Of a stretch of DNA of 51,975 nucleotides, positions 30,284 through 40,442 are shown piece after piece; position 1 is the first letter of the stretch; each line of letters begins with the position of its first letter. Position numbers and translations under genes: made by a program. The stretch comes from Desulfobacteraceae bacterium (GTDB lineage Bacteria > Desulfobacterota > Desulfobacteria > Desulfobacterales > SKZT01): the NCBI GenBank assembly GCA_007127235.1, contig SKZT01000068.1:1-51975 (forward strand), given 5' to 3'. Under the pieces are notes generated by a model, which was not told the origin of the DNA, searched no databases, and saw only the letters and a program-made list of their open reading frames with translations.

Positions 30284-32551
30284 GTGAATAAGCCACTTCT
30301 CATCGTAGAATCACCAACAAAAGTGAAAACACTTAAAAAATATCTGGGAGATGATTACCGCATCGAAGCAACCCTGGGTCATATTAAAGATTTACCCCAG
30401 AATGAATTGGGCGTGGATATTGAAAACGGGTTTAAGCCGTTTTATAAAAATATACCCGGTAAGCAAAAAGCCATTTCATCATTAAAAAAGGCTGCGGGCG
30501 ATACCATGGAAGTTTACTTGGCTCCGGATCCCGACCGTGAAGGTGAGGCCATCGCATGGCATACTGCAGAAATTTTAAAAAAAAAAGGAAGAAAATTTCA
30601 CCGGGTCCTTTTCCATGAACTTACCGAAAATGCCATTCGGCAAGCCATGTCGTCTCCAAAACAACTTGATGAAAATAAGTATGAAGCACAACAGGCCAGA
30701 AGAATCCTCGACAGACTTGTGGGCTATGAAATATCTCCGTTATTGTGGCGAAAAGTTAAGGGAGGATTAAGTGCAGGGCGAGTCCAATCTGTGGCTTTGA
30801 GGATTATTTGTGAGCGGGAAAGGGCCATTCAGGCTTTTGAGCCGGAAGAATACTGGTCGATTACAGCAGTTTTTGAAGGAAAAACCCCACCTGCGTTTTC
30901 TGCAAAATTGACTCGCCAAAACAACCGGAAACTCAAAATACCCGATGGTTCTTCCGCAAGATCAATTTTAGAACAACTTTCAAACGAGCAGCCTGTCGTT
31001 GAAAAAGTGACCAAAAAAACAATCAAACGCAATCCTCTGCCCCCCTTTACCACAAGCAAACTTCAACAGGATGCTATCAAAAAATTAAGATTTTCCGCCA
31101 AAAAGACCATGGTGGTTGCCCAGCAACTTTATGAAGGTATCGATTTGGCTCATGGGGAACCTGTCGGATTGATTACGTACATGAGAACCGATTCGGTTCG
31201 AATCTCTCAGGAAGCTGCCGAAGAAGCACAAAGGCTGATAGCTGAAAAATTCGGGCCTGATTTTTCGCATGAAAAACCGCGATTTTTCAAAAATAAAAAA
31301 AAAGCGCAGGATGCCCATGAAGCAATTCGCCCCACATCGGTATTGAATACTCCTGAAACATTAGCCCCTTACTTAAATGCAGATCAGATGGCCCTTTATA
31401 AGCTGATCTGGAAACGTTTTGTCGCATCTCAGATGGCCCAGGCACTCATCAACCAGGTGTCAGTCTCCATTGCTTGTGGTCCATACACTTTCAGTGCATC
31501 GGGTTCCACCATAAAATTTCCAGGCTATCTGGCGTTGTATCAATCCGAGGAACAGGGAGATGCCCTTGATGCCAGGACAGAAAAACTTCCTGAACTCACC
31601 GAAAAAATGGTCCTTAAAGCACATCAGTATGAGCCAAAACAGCATTTTACCCAACCACCGCCGCGTTTTTCAGAAGCATCACTGGTAAAAGAACTGGAAG
31701 AAAATGGTATTGGGCGTCCCAGCACTTATGCATCTATTTTATCCACAATCCGGGAAAAAAAATATGTGGAGTTGGATAAAGGTTCTTTTAAACCCAATGA
31801 ACTTGGATTTATTGTAAATGAGCTGCTCGTTGAGCATTTCCCGGATGTTTTCAGTGTGGATTTTACCTCCAATATGGAAAATAATCTTGATTTGCTGGAA
31901 TCTGCTGAAGTCAATTCTCTTGAAGTCCTGGAACGATTTTACGACCCTTTTAAAAAGAACCTGGATATTGCAGTAACCAATATGCTGAGTGTAAAGGGTG
32001 TCGGATTTGCTACCCATCTGAAATGCCCGGAATGTGACTACCCAATACATTTGAAAATTGGTAAAAACGGACCATTTTTGGCCTGCAGCGGGTATCCCGA
32101 TTGCAAATACACCCGGGATTATACTCGCGATGAAAAGGGGATTATTCATCCTATCGAACCAATGTTGGAAGAACTTACCGATAAAACCTGTGAAAAATGC
32201 GGAAAACACATGGTTATGAAATCCGGAAGATACGGTAAGTTTTTGGCCTGCAGCGGGTATCCCGAATGCAAATATACCCGCTCGCTGGATCCTAAAGAAG
32301 CGGGAAAAACAATCGGCATGAAATGCTCTGAAGAAAAATGTGATGGAGAAATTGTGGAAAGAATTTCCAAGAGAGGTAAAACTTTCTATGGATGCAGCCG
32401 TTTTCCCAAATGCAAATTTGCTTCCTGGGATAAACCGATAAACAAACCATGTCCTGAATGCGGTTCTAAATTTCTGGTTGAAAAATCAACTAAAAAAGAA
32501 GGGGATTTTGTAACATGCCCTGATAGAAAGTGTGCATACAAGGAGTTTTGA
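30284..32551 (+). CDS. topA: DNA topoisomerase I with C-terminal Zn ribbons
   Basis: IVESPTK, DPDREGE, SAGRVQS, ITYMRTDS, GIGRPSTY, repeated C4 ribbons. Confidence 0.99.
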   Translation: MNKPLLIVESPTKVKTLKKYLGDDYRIEATLGHIKDLPQNELGVDIENGFKPFYKNIPGKQKAISSLKKAAGDTMEVYLAPDPDREGEAIAWHTAEILKKKGRKFHRVLFHELTENAIRQAMSSPKQLDENKYEAQQARRILDRLVGYEISPLLWRKVKGGLSAGRVQSVALRIICERERAIQAFEPEEYWSITAVFEGKTPPAFSAKLTRQNNRKLKIPDGSSARSILEQLSNEQPVVEKVTKKTIKRNPLPPFTTSKLQQDAIKKLRFSAKKTMVVAQQLYEGIDLAHGEPVGLITYMRTDSVRISQEAAEEAQRLIAEKFGPDFSHEKPRFFKNKKKAQDAHEAIRPTSVLNTPETLAPYLNADQMALYKLIWKRFVASQMAQALINQVSVSIACGPYTFSASGSTIKFPGYLALYQSEEQGDALDARTEKLPELTEKMVLKAHQYEPKQHFTQPPPRFSEASLVKELEENGIGRPSTYASILSTIREKKYVELDKGSFKPNELGFIVNELLVEHFPDVFSVDFTSNMENNLDLLESAEVNSLEVLERFYDPFKKNLDIAVTNMLSVKGVGFATHLKCPECDYPIHLKIGKNGPFLACSGYPDCKYTRDYTRDEKGIIHPIEPMLEELTDKTCEKCGKHMVMKSGRYGKFLACSGYPECKYTRSLDPKEAGKTIGMKCSEEKCDGEIVERISKRGKTFYGCSRFPKCKFASWDKPINKPCPECGSKFLVEKSTKKEGDFVTCPDRKCAYKEF

Positions 32552-32555
32552 CAAC

Positions 32556-32948
32556 ATGAGTAATGACAAGATCAACCAAGAGCAATCAGGAAACTCTTTC
32601 ATGGCTGATATTAATATTATTGAAGATGTCCTCAAAAGTATTATCTCGAAAATTCACGAGATTTTTATTAAGGAAACTCTTGATGATACCGAATATATTC
32701 GAAACGTCAAGACAGTGCTCAGCGGAACAAACGATTTTTTTCAGGTAAACAAAGAGGTTGTTCCTGATTCTGAAATATTGTTACAAAAACTGTACGAATT
32801 TTCTAGAAATTTATGGCTTTCAGAACTAAAAACAAGGCTTGAGCGGGAATCCGAATCTGAGGATTCAGAAGAAGCTGAACTTGAAAATGACGATTATTAT
32901 GAATATTACTTCGACTACATATATGCCAACGACAATTACCCTAAATAA
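32556..32948 (+). CDS. Acidic hypothetical protein
   Basis: ATG 4 nt after the topA stop with AAGGAG SD; Glu/Asp/Tyr-rich C-terminus. Confidence 0.7.
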   Translation: MSNDKINQEQSGNSFMADINIIEDVLKSIISKIHEIFIKETLDDTEYIRNVKTVLSGTNDFFQVNKEVVPDSEILLQKLYEFSRNLWLSELKTRLERESESEDSEEAELENDDYYEYYFDYIYANDNYPK

Positions 32949-32999
32949 ATGCCTTCATTAAGAAATATGCCATTTTCGGGAAATCTGACTGGTTATGTC

Positions 33000-33491
33000 C
33001 TAAAATACGTTTCCTTCGATAAACCTGAGAACCTCGTCTCTGTTTTTCCCTGAACAATTTTCAATTTGCTGATAGCAATCAGCGCAAAAGTATATAAAAT
33101 CTTTGTAAAAATGAACTTGGCTCAGGGGTATTTTATCTTCGCAAATGCTGCATACAAATTCTGGACCCGATGTAAAAAGGCTGCGATTAAGATGTTTAAC
33201 GCCTATGCCCAAGATTTCACTTCCTCCAACTTGCAGGCACCATATAACCTTTGAACGATAAAAATTATAAATTCGAATCCCACCATGAGTTTCAATTGGC
33301 TGCTTTTCTATCCAAATATAGACATCTGACCATGGGGCTATAGGATATTGTGTCTCAAAATACATGCCTTCTTCACTGATATTGCGCATATGTGCGGAAA
33401 ATAGATTGTCCGTGGTTGGTTTGGCAAAGATAATAGGCGTTTCTATAGGGAAACGCGAATGGTTTCTTGGAATATTGTGGGCTCGGTACAT
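33000..33491 (-). CDS. PilZ-domain protein with C-terminal CxxC...CxxC module
   Basis: RNHSR (RxxxR) and NISEEG (D/NxSxxG) c-di-GMP motifs; CSIC...CADC; AAGGAGG SD. Confidence 0.78.
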   Translation of the reverse strand: MYRAHNIPRNHSRFPIETPIIFAKPTTDNLFSAHMRNISEEGMYFETQYPIAPWSDVYIWIEKQPIETHGGIRIYNFYRSKVIWCLQVGGSEILGIGVKHLNRSLFTSGPEFVCSICEDKIPLSQVHFYKDFIYFCADCYQQIENCSGKNRDEVLRFIEGNVF

Positions 33492-33672
33492 TTTTTCCTC
33501 CTTTTGCAATTAAGCCCTATCGGAGGTTGTTTTTTTAGTTCCCGGCTACCTTTTATAACCAGGTATTTGATGTCAGGATATAACTCAGAATACTCCGCCA
33601 ATAAAATCTGTCAATAGGCAATTATACCTATATATGAAAAATGTATTGTGTATAATAAATGCTTTAACTGCT

Positions 33673-34401
33673 TCATCCGCAACCTTGATTTTGCCTCCCT
33701 TTTATATTTTCCAAAAAAGGCTGAAATAAATAATAAATATCATCCAAGCATTCATCTATATCGATAAGTGCAAACTTCGCATATACATCCAGCATAATCA
33801 AGGCATTTACGGTTGAATCGGTTTTAACAGCGCTTCTGAGCCGTTTTAGCATATATTGATTCACTTTTTGCATCTCAGAATACACCTCGATAAGACCATC
33901 CATCTTTAAATCAGCAGGGTTTCCGGATTTTTTTAAAAAATATTGGGTCAAAAGAAATGAAGCCGCTGCTCGAAAAAGGGTTTCCTCCTGAGTTGCCAGC
34001 GGAAGATGAAAACGTCCCATGGGAATAAAAAAGCGGGTAACAGGACATCCGCAGGTTGCAATCAGCAAACCCATCAGAGAACTGATTCCCCTTGCTACAG
34101 TGGTGTTATGGGTGGTTTTCCTGTCATGGGTTACCACGGTGAGGTGAACGGGATTATATGAATAGACATTATCAAAGGCGTGAATGAGAGGCAACAGACT
34201 GGCAGCCTGTGGGCAATACATGGTTTTTTTTGGGTCCAAAGTGCAATTCGGGCATTGATGGAAATCGATTTTAATCCATTCTTTGGGGTTATCAATAGGT
34301 TGTTTTGTTAAATGAAAAGGATTATCATTAAAACAATAATTAAAGGTTTCTACTTTGCCATCCTGAAAAGTGAATGTGTACTCCACCTGGTAGGCGCACA
34401 T
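33673..34401 (-). CDS. Conserved hypothetical protein (DUF6901-like)
   Basis: HQCPNC...CP, SSLMGLLIATCGCP, PMGRFHLP; AGGAG SD before ATG 34401. Family name from recall. Confidence 0.65.
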   Translation of the reverse strand: MCAYQVEYTFTFQDGKVETFNYCFNDNPFHLTKQPIDNPKEWIKIDFHQCPNCTLDPKKTMYCPQAASLLPLIHAFDNVYSYNPVHLTVVTHDRKTTHNTTVARGISSLMGLLIATCGCPVTRFFIPMGRFHLPLATQEETLFRAAASFLLTQYFLKKSGNPADLKMDGLIEVYSEMQKVNQYMLKRLRSAVKTDSTVNALIMLDVYAKFALIDIDECLDDIYYLFQPFLENIKGRQNQGCG

Positions 34402-34650
34402 ATGAATTCTCCTTGTTTTTTTTATTTTACACATCCGTACCCTGATAACATATCAAAATTTTAAAAAATATGCCTTTTCTTTTTTGAAGACATAATCATT
34501 TTTTAAATCTTTCAAATTAATGATTTGACAATGATAGGAGTTTCCAATAATTTAGTACAGCGAGGCTGATTTTTGATAAGGATATATTCCGTCATTTAGG
34601 ATCAGAAAAAAATAAATTCATTTTAGCCTGAAAGGGGCTGTTGAGAGAAC

Positions 34651-35622
34651 ATGATGAATTTTTTCAATTTTGGAAAAGAAATGCTCCGCCTTCTGCACCA
34701 TAAAAGTAAGGGGCGCGAAATTTTTTCAAATATCACAACATGCAACTCCTATTCATTTGAAACGTTAAATGAAACCCCTTCCCCTGCATTATCCAACTCA
34801 AAAAGCGTGTATTGCCCCACGGCCCAATCTGTTCAAAGCCCCGGTATTCATCAGAAGTCAGCAGGTCAGATGTTGCCGGGCGAGGATTCTTTGGTGCTGC
34901 TGAATGCATACCTTTTTTCCCGGGAAAATTTCCAGGAAGACATTTCAAAACTAAAAAAAATACTCAAGATGGACCATATCATTTTTGAAATAGGATGCGG
35001 AAGTGGTGAAGTGGCGTGGAAAATTGCGAAAAATAATCCGCATACGGGTGTCATTGCCATTGATAAATACGATTGGGCTGTCCCGCTGAATGAGGGTTCT
35101 CATTACCAAAAAACGGCTTTGGTCTGGAGAGAAAAACGTTTGGATGCTCAGCAATATGCCCCTGAAAATTTGGTGCTATTGAGGGGGGAAGGTGAAATTA
35201 TTCGTTTTTTCCCCGACCATTGTATCGACACCGTTTTAATGATTAATCCTGAACCCAAAGTCTGTGAAGCTTTTCTCAAATTCATTGCTCAAGATAAATG
35301 GTTTAAAAAAATAAAACCCGGCTCAGGCCAAATTTTCGTGGTACCATTTTCCAGGGAATTGGGAGTGTCGGCCTATGGTGGTTTTGAATATGATTATTCC
35401 GAAACAGGGCCTGGAAATTTGGATTATCTCTCTGTTTCTCCTTTTGAGTTCCGGCGGGGAGAAAAAAAACATTGGGGATTGGATCTAAGCCGTGCTTCAG
35501 CTTATTCCAGAAATTCAACCCGAAATGATGTCTATATTTATGGAAATCAGTTTCAGGTTTCCTCCCTGTCTGCATATCATACCATCATTAAAAGATTTTT
35601 TTGCATATCTATAGCTTTTTAG
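34651..35622 (+). CDS. Class I SAM-dependent methyltransferase (TrmB-like fold)
   Basis: FEIGCGSGE motif I, VIAIDK, INPEP; true start uncertain; stop codon lies inside MITE copy 3. Confidence 0.7.
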   Translation: MMNFFNFGKEMLRLLHHKSKGREIFSNITTCNSYSFETLNETPSPALSNSKSVYCPTAQSVQSPGIHQKSAGQMLPGEDSLVLLNAYLFSRENFQEDISKLKKILKMDHIIFEIGCGSGEVAWKIAKNNPHTGVIAIDKYDWAVPLNEGSHYQKTALVWREKRLDAQQYAPENLVLLRGEGEIIRFFPDHCIDTVLMINPEPKVCEAFLKFIAQDKWFKKIKPGSGQIFVVPFSRELGVSAYGGFEYDYSETGPGNLDYLSVSPFEFRRGEKKHWGLDLSRASAYSRNSTRNDVYIYGNQFQVSSLSAYHTIIKRFFCISIAF

Positions 35623-35715
35623 AAAATGTTTTTGGCAAGGATAGAGTGAGGAGATTATGCTTTTTCGTATATCCCCGACCGATAACGCAGCCAAAAACAT
35701 TTTCTGGAAAGCTAT
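35611..35715 (+). mobile_element. MITE-like element copy 3
   Basis: ATAGCTTTTTAGAAAATGTTTTTGGC...GCCAAAAACATTTTCTGGAAAGCTAT. Confidence 0.8.
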
Positions 35716-35750
35716 ATGTTGGGCGGAAGATGACCGCACACATGCCTTCA

Positions 35751-36503
35751 TTATTCAGTTACTATACGCTCATCATCTTTGTCTTCATGGCCGACCGGAC
35801 AAGACAGTTCACACGCTCTGCAGTATTTGATGGGGGGATCCGAAAGATAAAAAGATCCCGTGTTTTTAGCAATTGAACTTTCTTTTTCATCATGTTCCAT
35901 TTGTTTTTGGCATAATAACCGGTCATAGGAACCGCTTTCGAAGGCGTTTTGGGGACAGGCTTCTATACATGGCGCCTGGCAATTTTCGCAAGGCAAAAAA
36001 TCCTTTGAGCCCTTGGTGGGTGTTAACGTGCAGTTGACAAATAAAGCACGAAGCCGGATCCTGGGACCATAGACGGGGGTGATTAAAAGATTGTTTTTGC
36101 CGATTACCCCCATTGCCGCACATGCAGCGGAATCCTTCAGGAAAATACCTCCTTTGTGGATATAGTAAGGTAGATCGTTTGCCACAATTCCGTGGTTTTT
36201 TTTTAACCACCTTTTTAATTGTCTTGTAATGGAAATCAATTTACGATTACCGGCAGTTCCCTGGTTTCCATCCCACCAGTCAAGTGAAGGCTCTGTGGAA
36301 GGATGCTTCAACGCTAAAATGATCACTGCCTTTGCTTTGGATGGCCATCGGACATTCTTGGAATATAAATGAGAAGGGGATTGTCGAATTGATTGCAAAC
36401 TTGATATTCCAGCCAATGATGCTCCCAAGGCCAGAGCTTTTTCAATAATAGCCACTGAAAGATCCTGTTCGGTCTGATGAGATGACATCATGGTTGATTC
36501 CAT
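35751..36503 (-). CDS. Epoxyqueuosine reductase-like (QueG/RdhA superfamily) Fe-S protein
   Basis: GVIGKNNLLITPVYGPRIRL, CENCQAPCIEACP, CRACELSCPVG. Confidence 0.8.
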   Translation of the reverse strand: MESTMMSSHQTEQDLSVAIIEKALALGASLAGISSLQSIRQSPSHLYSKNVRWPSKAKAVIILALKHPSTEPSLDWWDGNQGTAGNRKLISITRQLKRWLKKNHGIVANDLPYYIHKGGIFLKDSAACAAMGVIGKNNLLITPVYGPRIRLRALFVNCTLTPTKGSKDFLPCENCQAPCIEACPQNAFESGSYDRLLCQKQMEHDEKESSIAKNTGSFYLSDPPIKYCRACELSCPVGHEDKDDERIVTE

Positions 36504-36530
36504 ATTTAAAAGGAAATTCCGTAAATTTTA

Positions 36531-36559
36531 TTGACAAAACGCCTTCCAGAAGATAAAAA
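36531..36559 (+). promoter_or_regulatory. Putative sigma70 promoter of hdrA
   Basis: TTGACA-17 nt-TAAAAA about 100 nt upstream of ATG 36656. Confidence 0.55.
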
Positions 36560-36655
36560 ACAAGATTGCGCTTAAAATTATAGTCGGCTATATGGTAACC
36601 GGGTTCAGGGTTGCCATGCCGTGATTACCCATATTTTTATCAGGAGATTTCAAAA

Positions 36656-39600
36656 ATGGCAAAAGATATTATTGGTTCGGTGCTGGTTGTCGGCGGCGGT
36701 ATTGCCGGAATGCAGTCAGCACTTGATTTGGCAAATTCCGGATATTATGTCTATCTTGTTGAAAAATCACCTGCCATTGGCGGGGTGATGTCTCAGCTTG
36801 ACAAGACATTTCCTACCAACGACTGTGCCATGTGAATTATCTCACCTGTACTGGTCGAGGTCGGCCGGCATCTGAATATTGAATTACTTACATTATCGAA
36901 ATTAACCGCAATTGAAGGAAATTCCGGAAATTTTGATGTTAAAATAACAAAGGCTCCCCGCTTTATTGACATGGATAAGTGCATCGGTTGCGGCCTGTGC
37001 GCTGAAAAATGCCCTGTCAAAATTCCGGATAAATATAATATGAGCCTGGCAAAGTGTAAAGCTGTCTATGTCCCGTATGCGCAGGCTGTGCCCTTAAAAT
37101 ATGCCATTGATCCTGCACGTTGTATTTATTTTAAAAAAAAGGGCCGCTGTAAGGCCTGTGAAAAATATTGCCCTGCAGAGGCCATCAAGTTTGATGATAA
37201 AGAGGAAACCATTTCCGTAAAAGTAGGTTCTATTATCCTGGCCCCTGGTTTTGAACCTTTTGATCCATCCAGGTTCGATGCTTACAACTACAGCAAGCAT
37301 CCCAATGTTATCACTTCCATGGAGATGGAAAGAATTTTATCGGCGTCAGGGCCAACGAGCGGTCACCTGGTTCGGTTATCGGACCATAAAGAACCCAAAA
37401 AAATCGCGTGGTTTCAATGTGTAGGATCAAGAGATCTCAATAAATGTGACAATTCATATTGTTCCTCTGTTTGCTGTATGTATGCCATCAAAGAAGCGGT
37501 TATTGCCAGAGAGCATGCAGGTGAAGGCTTGGATTGTGCTATTTTCTTTATGGATATGAGAACCCATGGAAAAGAATTCGAACGCTTTTACAACAAGGCA
37601 AAGGAAAGCGGGGTTCGGTTTATCCGAAGTCGTGTGCACACCATTGACCCGGTTCCTGGAACCGATGATCTTTCAATCCGATATGTTACCGAAACGGGTG
37701 AATTAATCACCGAAACATTTGACCAGATTGTGCTTTCTGTCGGTTTGCAGACATCGCCTGAAGTCATTGAACTTGCAGAAAAATTTGATATTGATCTTAC
37801 CCGTGGCAACTTTTGCAGTACTCAAACCTTTGAGCCTGTGGAAACTTCCAAGAAGGGAATATTTGTTTGCGGTGCTTTTCAGGGGCCAAAAGATATCCCC
37901 CAATCGGTCATCGATGCCAGTGCTGCTGCTGCATCTGCCGGGGCAGACTTGAGCCCGGCAAGAAATACCTGCACCAATGTACCGGAAATTGTACCGGAAA
38001 CAAATGTCATTGGTGAACGTCCAAGAATCGGTGTTTTTGTATGCATGTGTGGTATCAATATTGCCGGTGTTATTGATGTGCCGGCCGTCAGGGATTACGC
38101 TGCCAAATTGCCCTATGTGGAGTATGCGACAGATAACCTCTATTCCTGTTCTCAGGATACTCAGGAGGCCATGGCGCAGATTATCAAAGAAAAAAACTTA
38201 AATCGCCTTGTTGTGGCGGCCTGCACCCCCAAAACGCATGAACCGCTATTTCAGGAAACCCTCACGAGTGCGGGTTTGAATAAATATCTCTTCGAGATGT
38301 GCAACATCCGCAATCAGGATTCCTGGGTACACAAAAACAATCCTGAAATAGCTACTGAAAAAGCCAAGGATCTTATCAGGATGGCGATTTCAAAAGTGGC
38401 ACTCATGCAACCCTTAAAGGAAGCCGAACTCGAAATTAATCCCAAAGCCATGGTAATCGGTGGGGGTGTATCGGGGATAAGTTCTGCGGTTACCCTTGCC
38501 GGACATGGATATGAAACGCATATCATTGAAAAAAGTTCTCATTTGGGTGGCCAGGCGCTAAATTTATTTAAAACCCCAACCGGAGATGACATTCAAAAGA
38601 AACTTGCTGAACTTATCCACGGTGTTGAAAACAACAAAAATATTCATGTTCATTTGGACACAACTATAAAAGCTGTCGATGGATTTGTCGGTAATTTTAA
38701 ATCGACTCTTGTTTCAAATGGCAAAGAAGATATTTTAGAACATGGTGTCGCTGTTTTGGCTACAGGTGCGAAACCCTTGAATCCATCGGAATACCGCTAT
38801 GGTGAAGATCCCCGTATTTTAACCAGTCTGGAACTGGATAAAAAAATGATCTCGGCGGATTCATCACTTAAAAAATTGAATACGGCTGTTTTTATTCAAT
38901 GTGTTGGCTCAAGAGAAGATCACCGGCCGTATTGCTCCAGGGTATGTTGCACGCATTCCGTGGATAATGCCCTTGAATTAAAAAAACAGAATCCGGACAT
39001 GGGAATATATATCCTCTATCGTGATCTTCGTACCTATGGAGAGCGTGAATATATATATAAAGAAGCGCGGGAAGCAGGGGTTGTATTTATCCGGTTTGCC
39101 CTTGAAAACAAGCCCGAAGTCAATCTCAGCAACGGAAATCTGACCATTACCGTTATCGACCATGTGCTTCAACGTCCCATTGAAATTGATGCAGATCTGC
39201 TCACGTTGGCTTCTGCAATTATTCCCAACAAGGATGAAGCTTTGGCCCAATTTTTCAAGGTGCCACTCAATGATGACGGCTTCTTTGTTGAAAAACATGC
39301 TAAACTGGGGCCTTCCGAATTTGCCACTGATGGTGTTTTTTTGTGCGGAATGGCTCATTACCCCAAACCCATTGATGAATCCATCGTTCAGGGAAGGGCT
39401 GCTGCATCCCGGGCCGTGACACTTCTGGCCCGGAAAACGATTCATACCAGTGGAAATGTTGCGGAAGTTACACCTTTCAATTGCAGTTCCTGTAAAGTTT
39501 GTATTTCTATTTGCCCTTATTCGGCCCCTTCTTTTATCGAAAAAGGCATGTTTGAAGGCAAAGCACAGATCAACCCGGTTCTTTGCAAGGGGTGTGGCCT

Positions 39601-39697
39601 ATGTGTGGCATCCTGCCGCTCGGGTGCAATTCATCTGAAAGGATTTGATAACGACCAAATTTTTGCTCAGATATTTGCTGTCAATGAAAACTTCTGA
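36656..39697 (+). CDS. hdrA: Heterodisulfide reductase subunit A family flavo-Fe-S protein, selenocysteine at codon 60 (1013 aa)
   Basis: ORFs 36611-36835 and 36971-39697 share one frame; VVGGGIAG...[33 protein letters not shown] is continuous HdrA sequence; two FAD modules (QCVGSR, CSxVCC) and ferredoxin motifs; AGGAG SD. Confidence 0.93.
36833..36868 (+). promoter_or_regulatory. Sec UGA codon plus bacterial SECIS-like hairpin
   Basis: TGA 36833-35, then CTGGTCG-AGGT-CGGCCGG: 7-nt arms pairing at 6 positions (with G-U pairs, one further register possible), G-containing apical loop 22 nt after the UGA. Confidence 0.8.
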
Positions 39698-39772
39698 CAG
39701 GAGCTGTTTTTATTTTAAAACAATTATGCCCATGGTGTTTATTAGGTGATGTTTTTGCCGGTCACCTTTTAG

Positions 39773-40318
39773 ATGCCATGGGTTTCTTTTTTGATTTCGT
39801 CAACAATGAAATACTCGTTTAAAAAATTTTTCTGGTTCTGGTTGCCGCCGTTGGGCTATATGGCGGCCGTTGGTTTTATGTCGGCAGTGCCCAACCCCCA
39901 AATCGGCAAGGAGACACCGGATTATATCCTTCATGCACTTTCTTATTTTTTGCTCACTCTCTTGTTGATCAGGCTGCTGTTCAGTTTAGAGCCAAAAAAA
40001 GTGTTGAAAGTTGCCACCACATTAAGGCTATGCCCAAAAAACAGGTGTGAAGGTTTTCTTTTTTGGCACTCTGTGTCTTTACTGGGTGTTCTTGCTGCTG
40101 TTGTTTTTGGAACCATCAATGAAATTCACCAGTATTTTATTCCCCAACGGCATTGCAGTTTTCAGGATATTGTCGCCAATTCCATAGGGGCATTTATGGC
40201 TTATGGGGTGTCGCTGGTGGACCATGTGCTGCTCACCAGGACATCGTTTAAGCGCAGATGGACAAATCGGGCAAATTGGCTGAAATCTCTTTCTTATCGT
40301 TCATTTATAAGGAAATAA
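39773..40318 (+). CDS. VanZ-family membrane protein
   Basis: DYILHALSY, NEIHQYFIPQRHCSFQDIVANSIG; start may be 39806. Confidence 0.82.
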   Translation: MPWVSFLISSTMKYSFKKFFWFWLPPLGYMAAVGFMSAVPNPQIGKETPDYILHALSYFLLTLLLIRLLFSLEPKKVLKVATTLRLCPKNRCEGFLFWHSVSLLGVLAAVVFGTINEIHQYFIPQRHCSFQDIVANSIGAFMAYGVSLVDHVLLTRTSFKRRWTNRANWLKSLSYRSFIRK

Positions 40319-40333
40319 AAAGCTGATAAAAAA

Positions 40334-40384
40334 TTACAGGGACATGATAAACTGTTTTGAGTTTGGCTCATCAAGTCCCTATAA
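40334..40384. terminator. Hairpin between convergent vanZ-like gene and comEA (possible terminator)
   Basis: TTACAGGGACATGAT ... ATCAAGTCCCTATAA, 15-nt arms with 2 mismatches. Confidence 0.4.
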
Positions 40385-40442
40385 TTTAGAGGGAGTCACA
40401 TGAAAAGTGAACTCAGGTGATTGGGAGGGGACCTTTTACTTA

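Noticed and set aside
36611-36835. Separate 74-aa FAD-binding protein or hdrA pseudogene
   Set aside because: It is the N-terminus of Sec-HdrA; the UGA aligns with a conserved Cys and has a SECIS-like hairpin.
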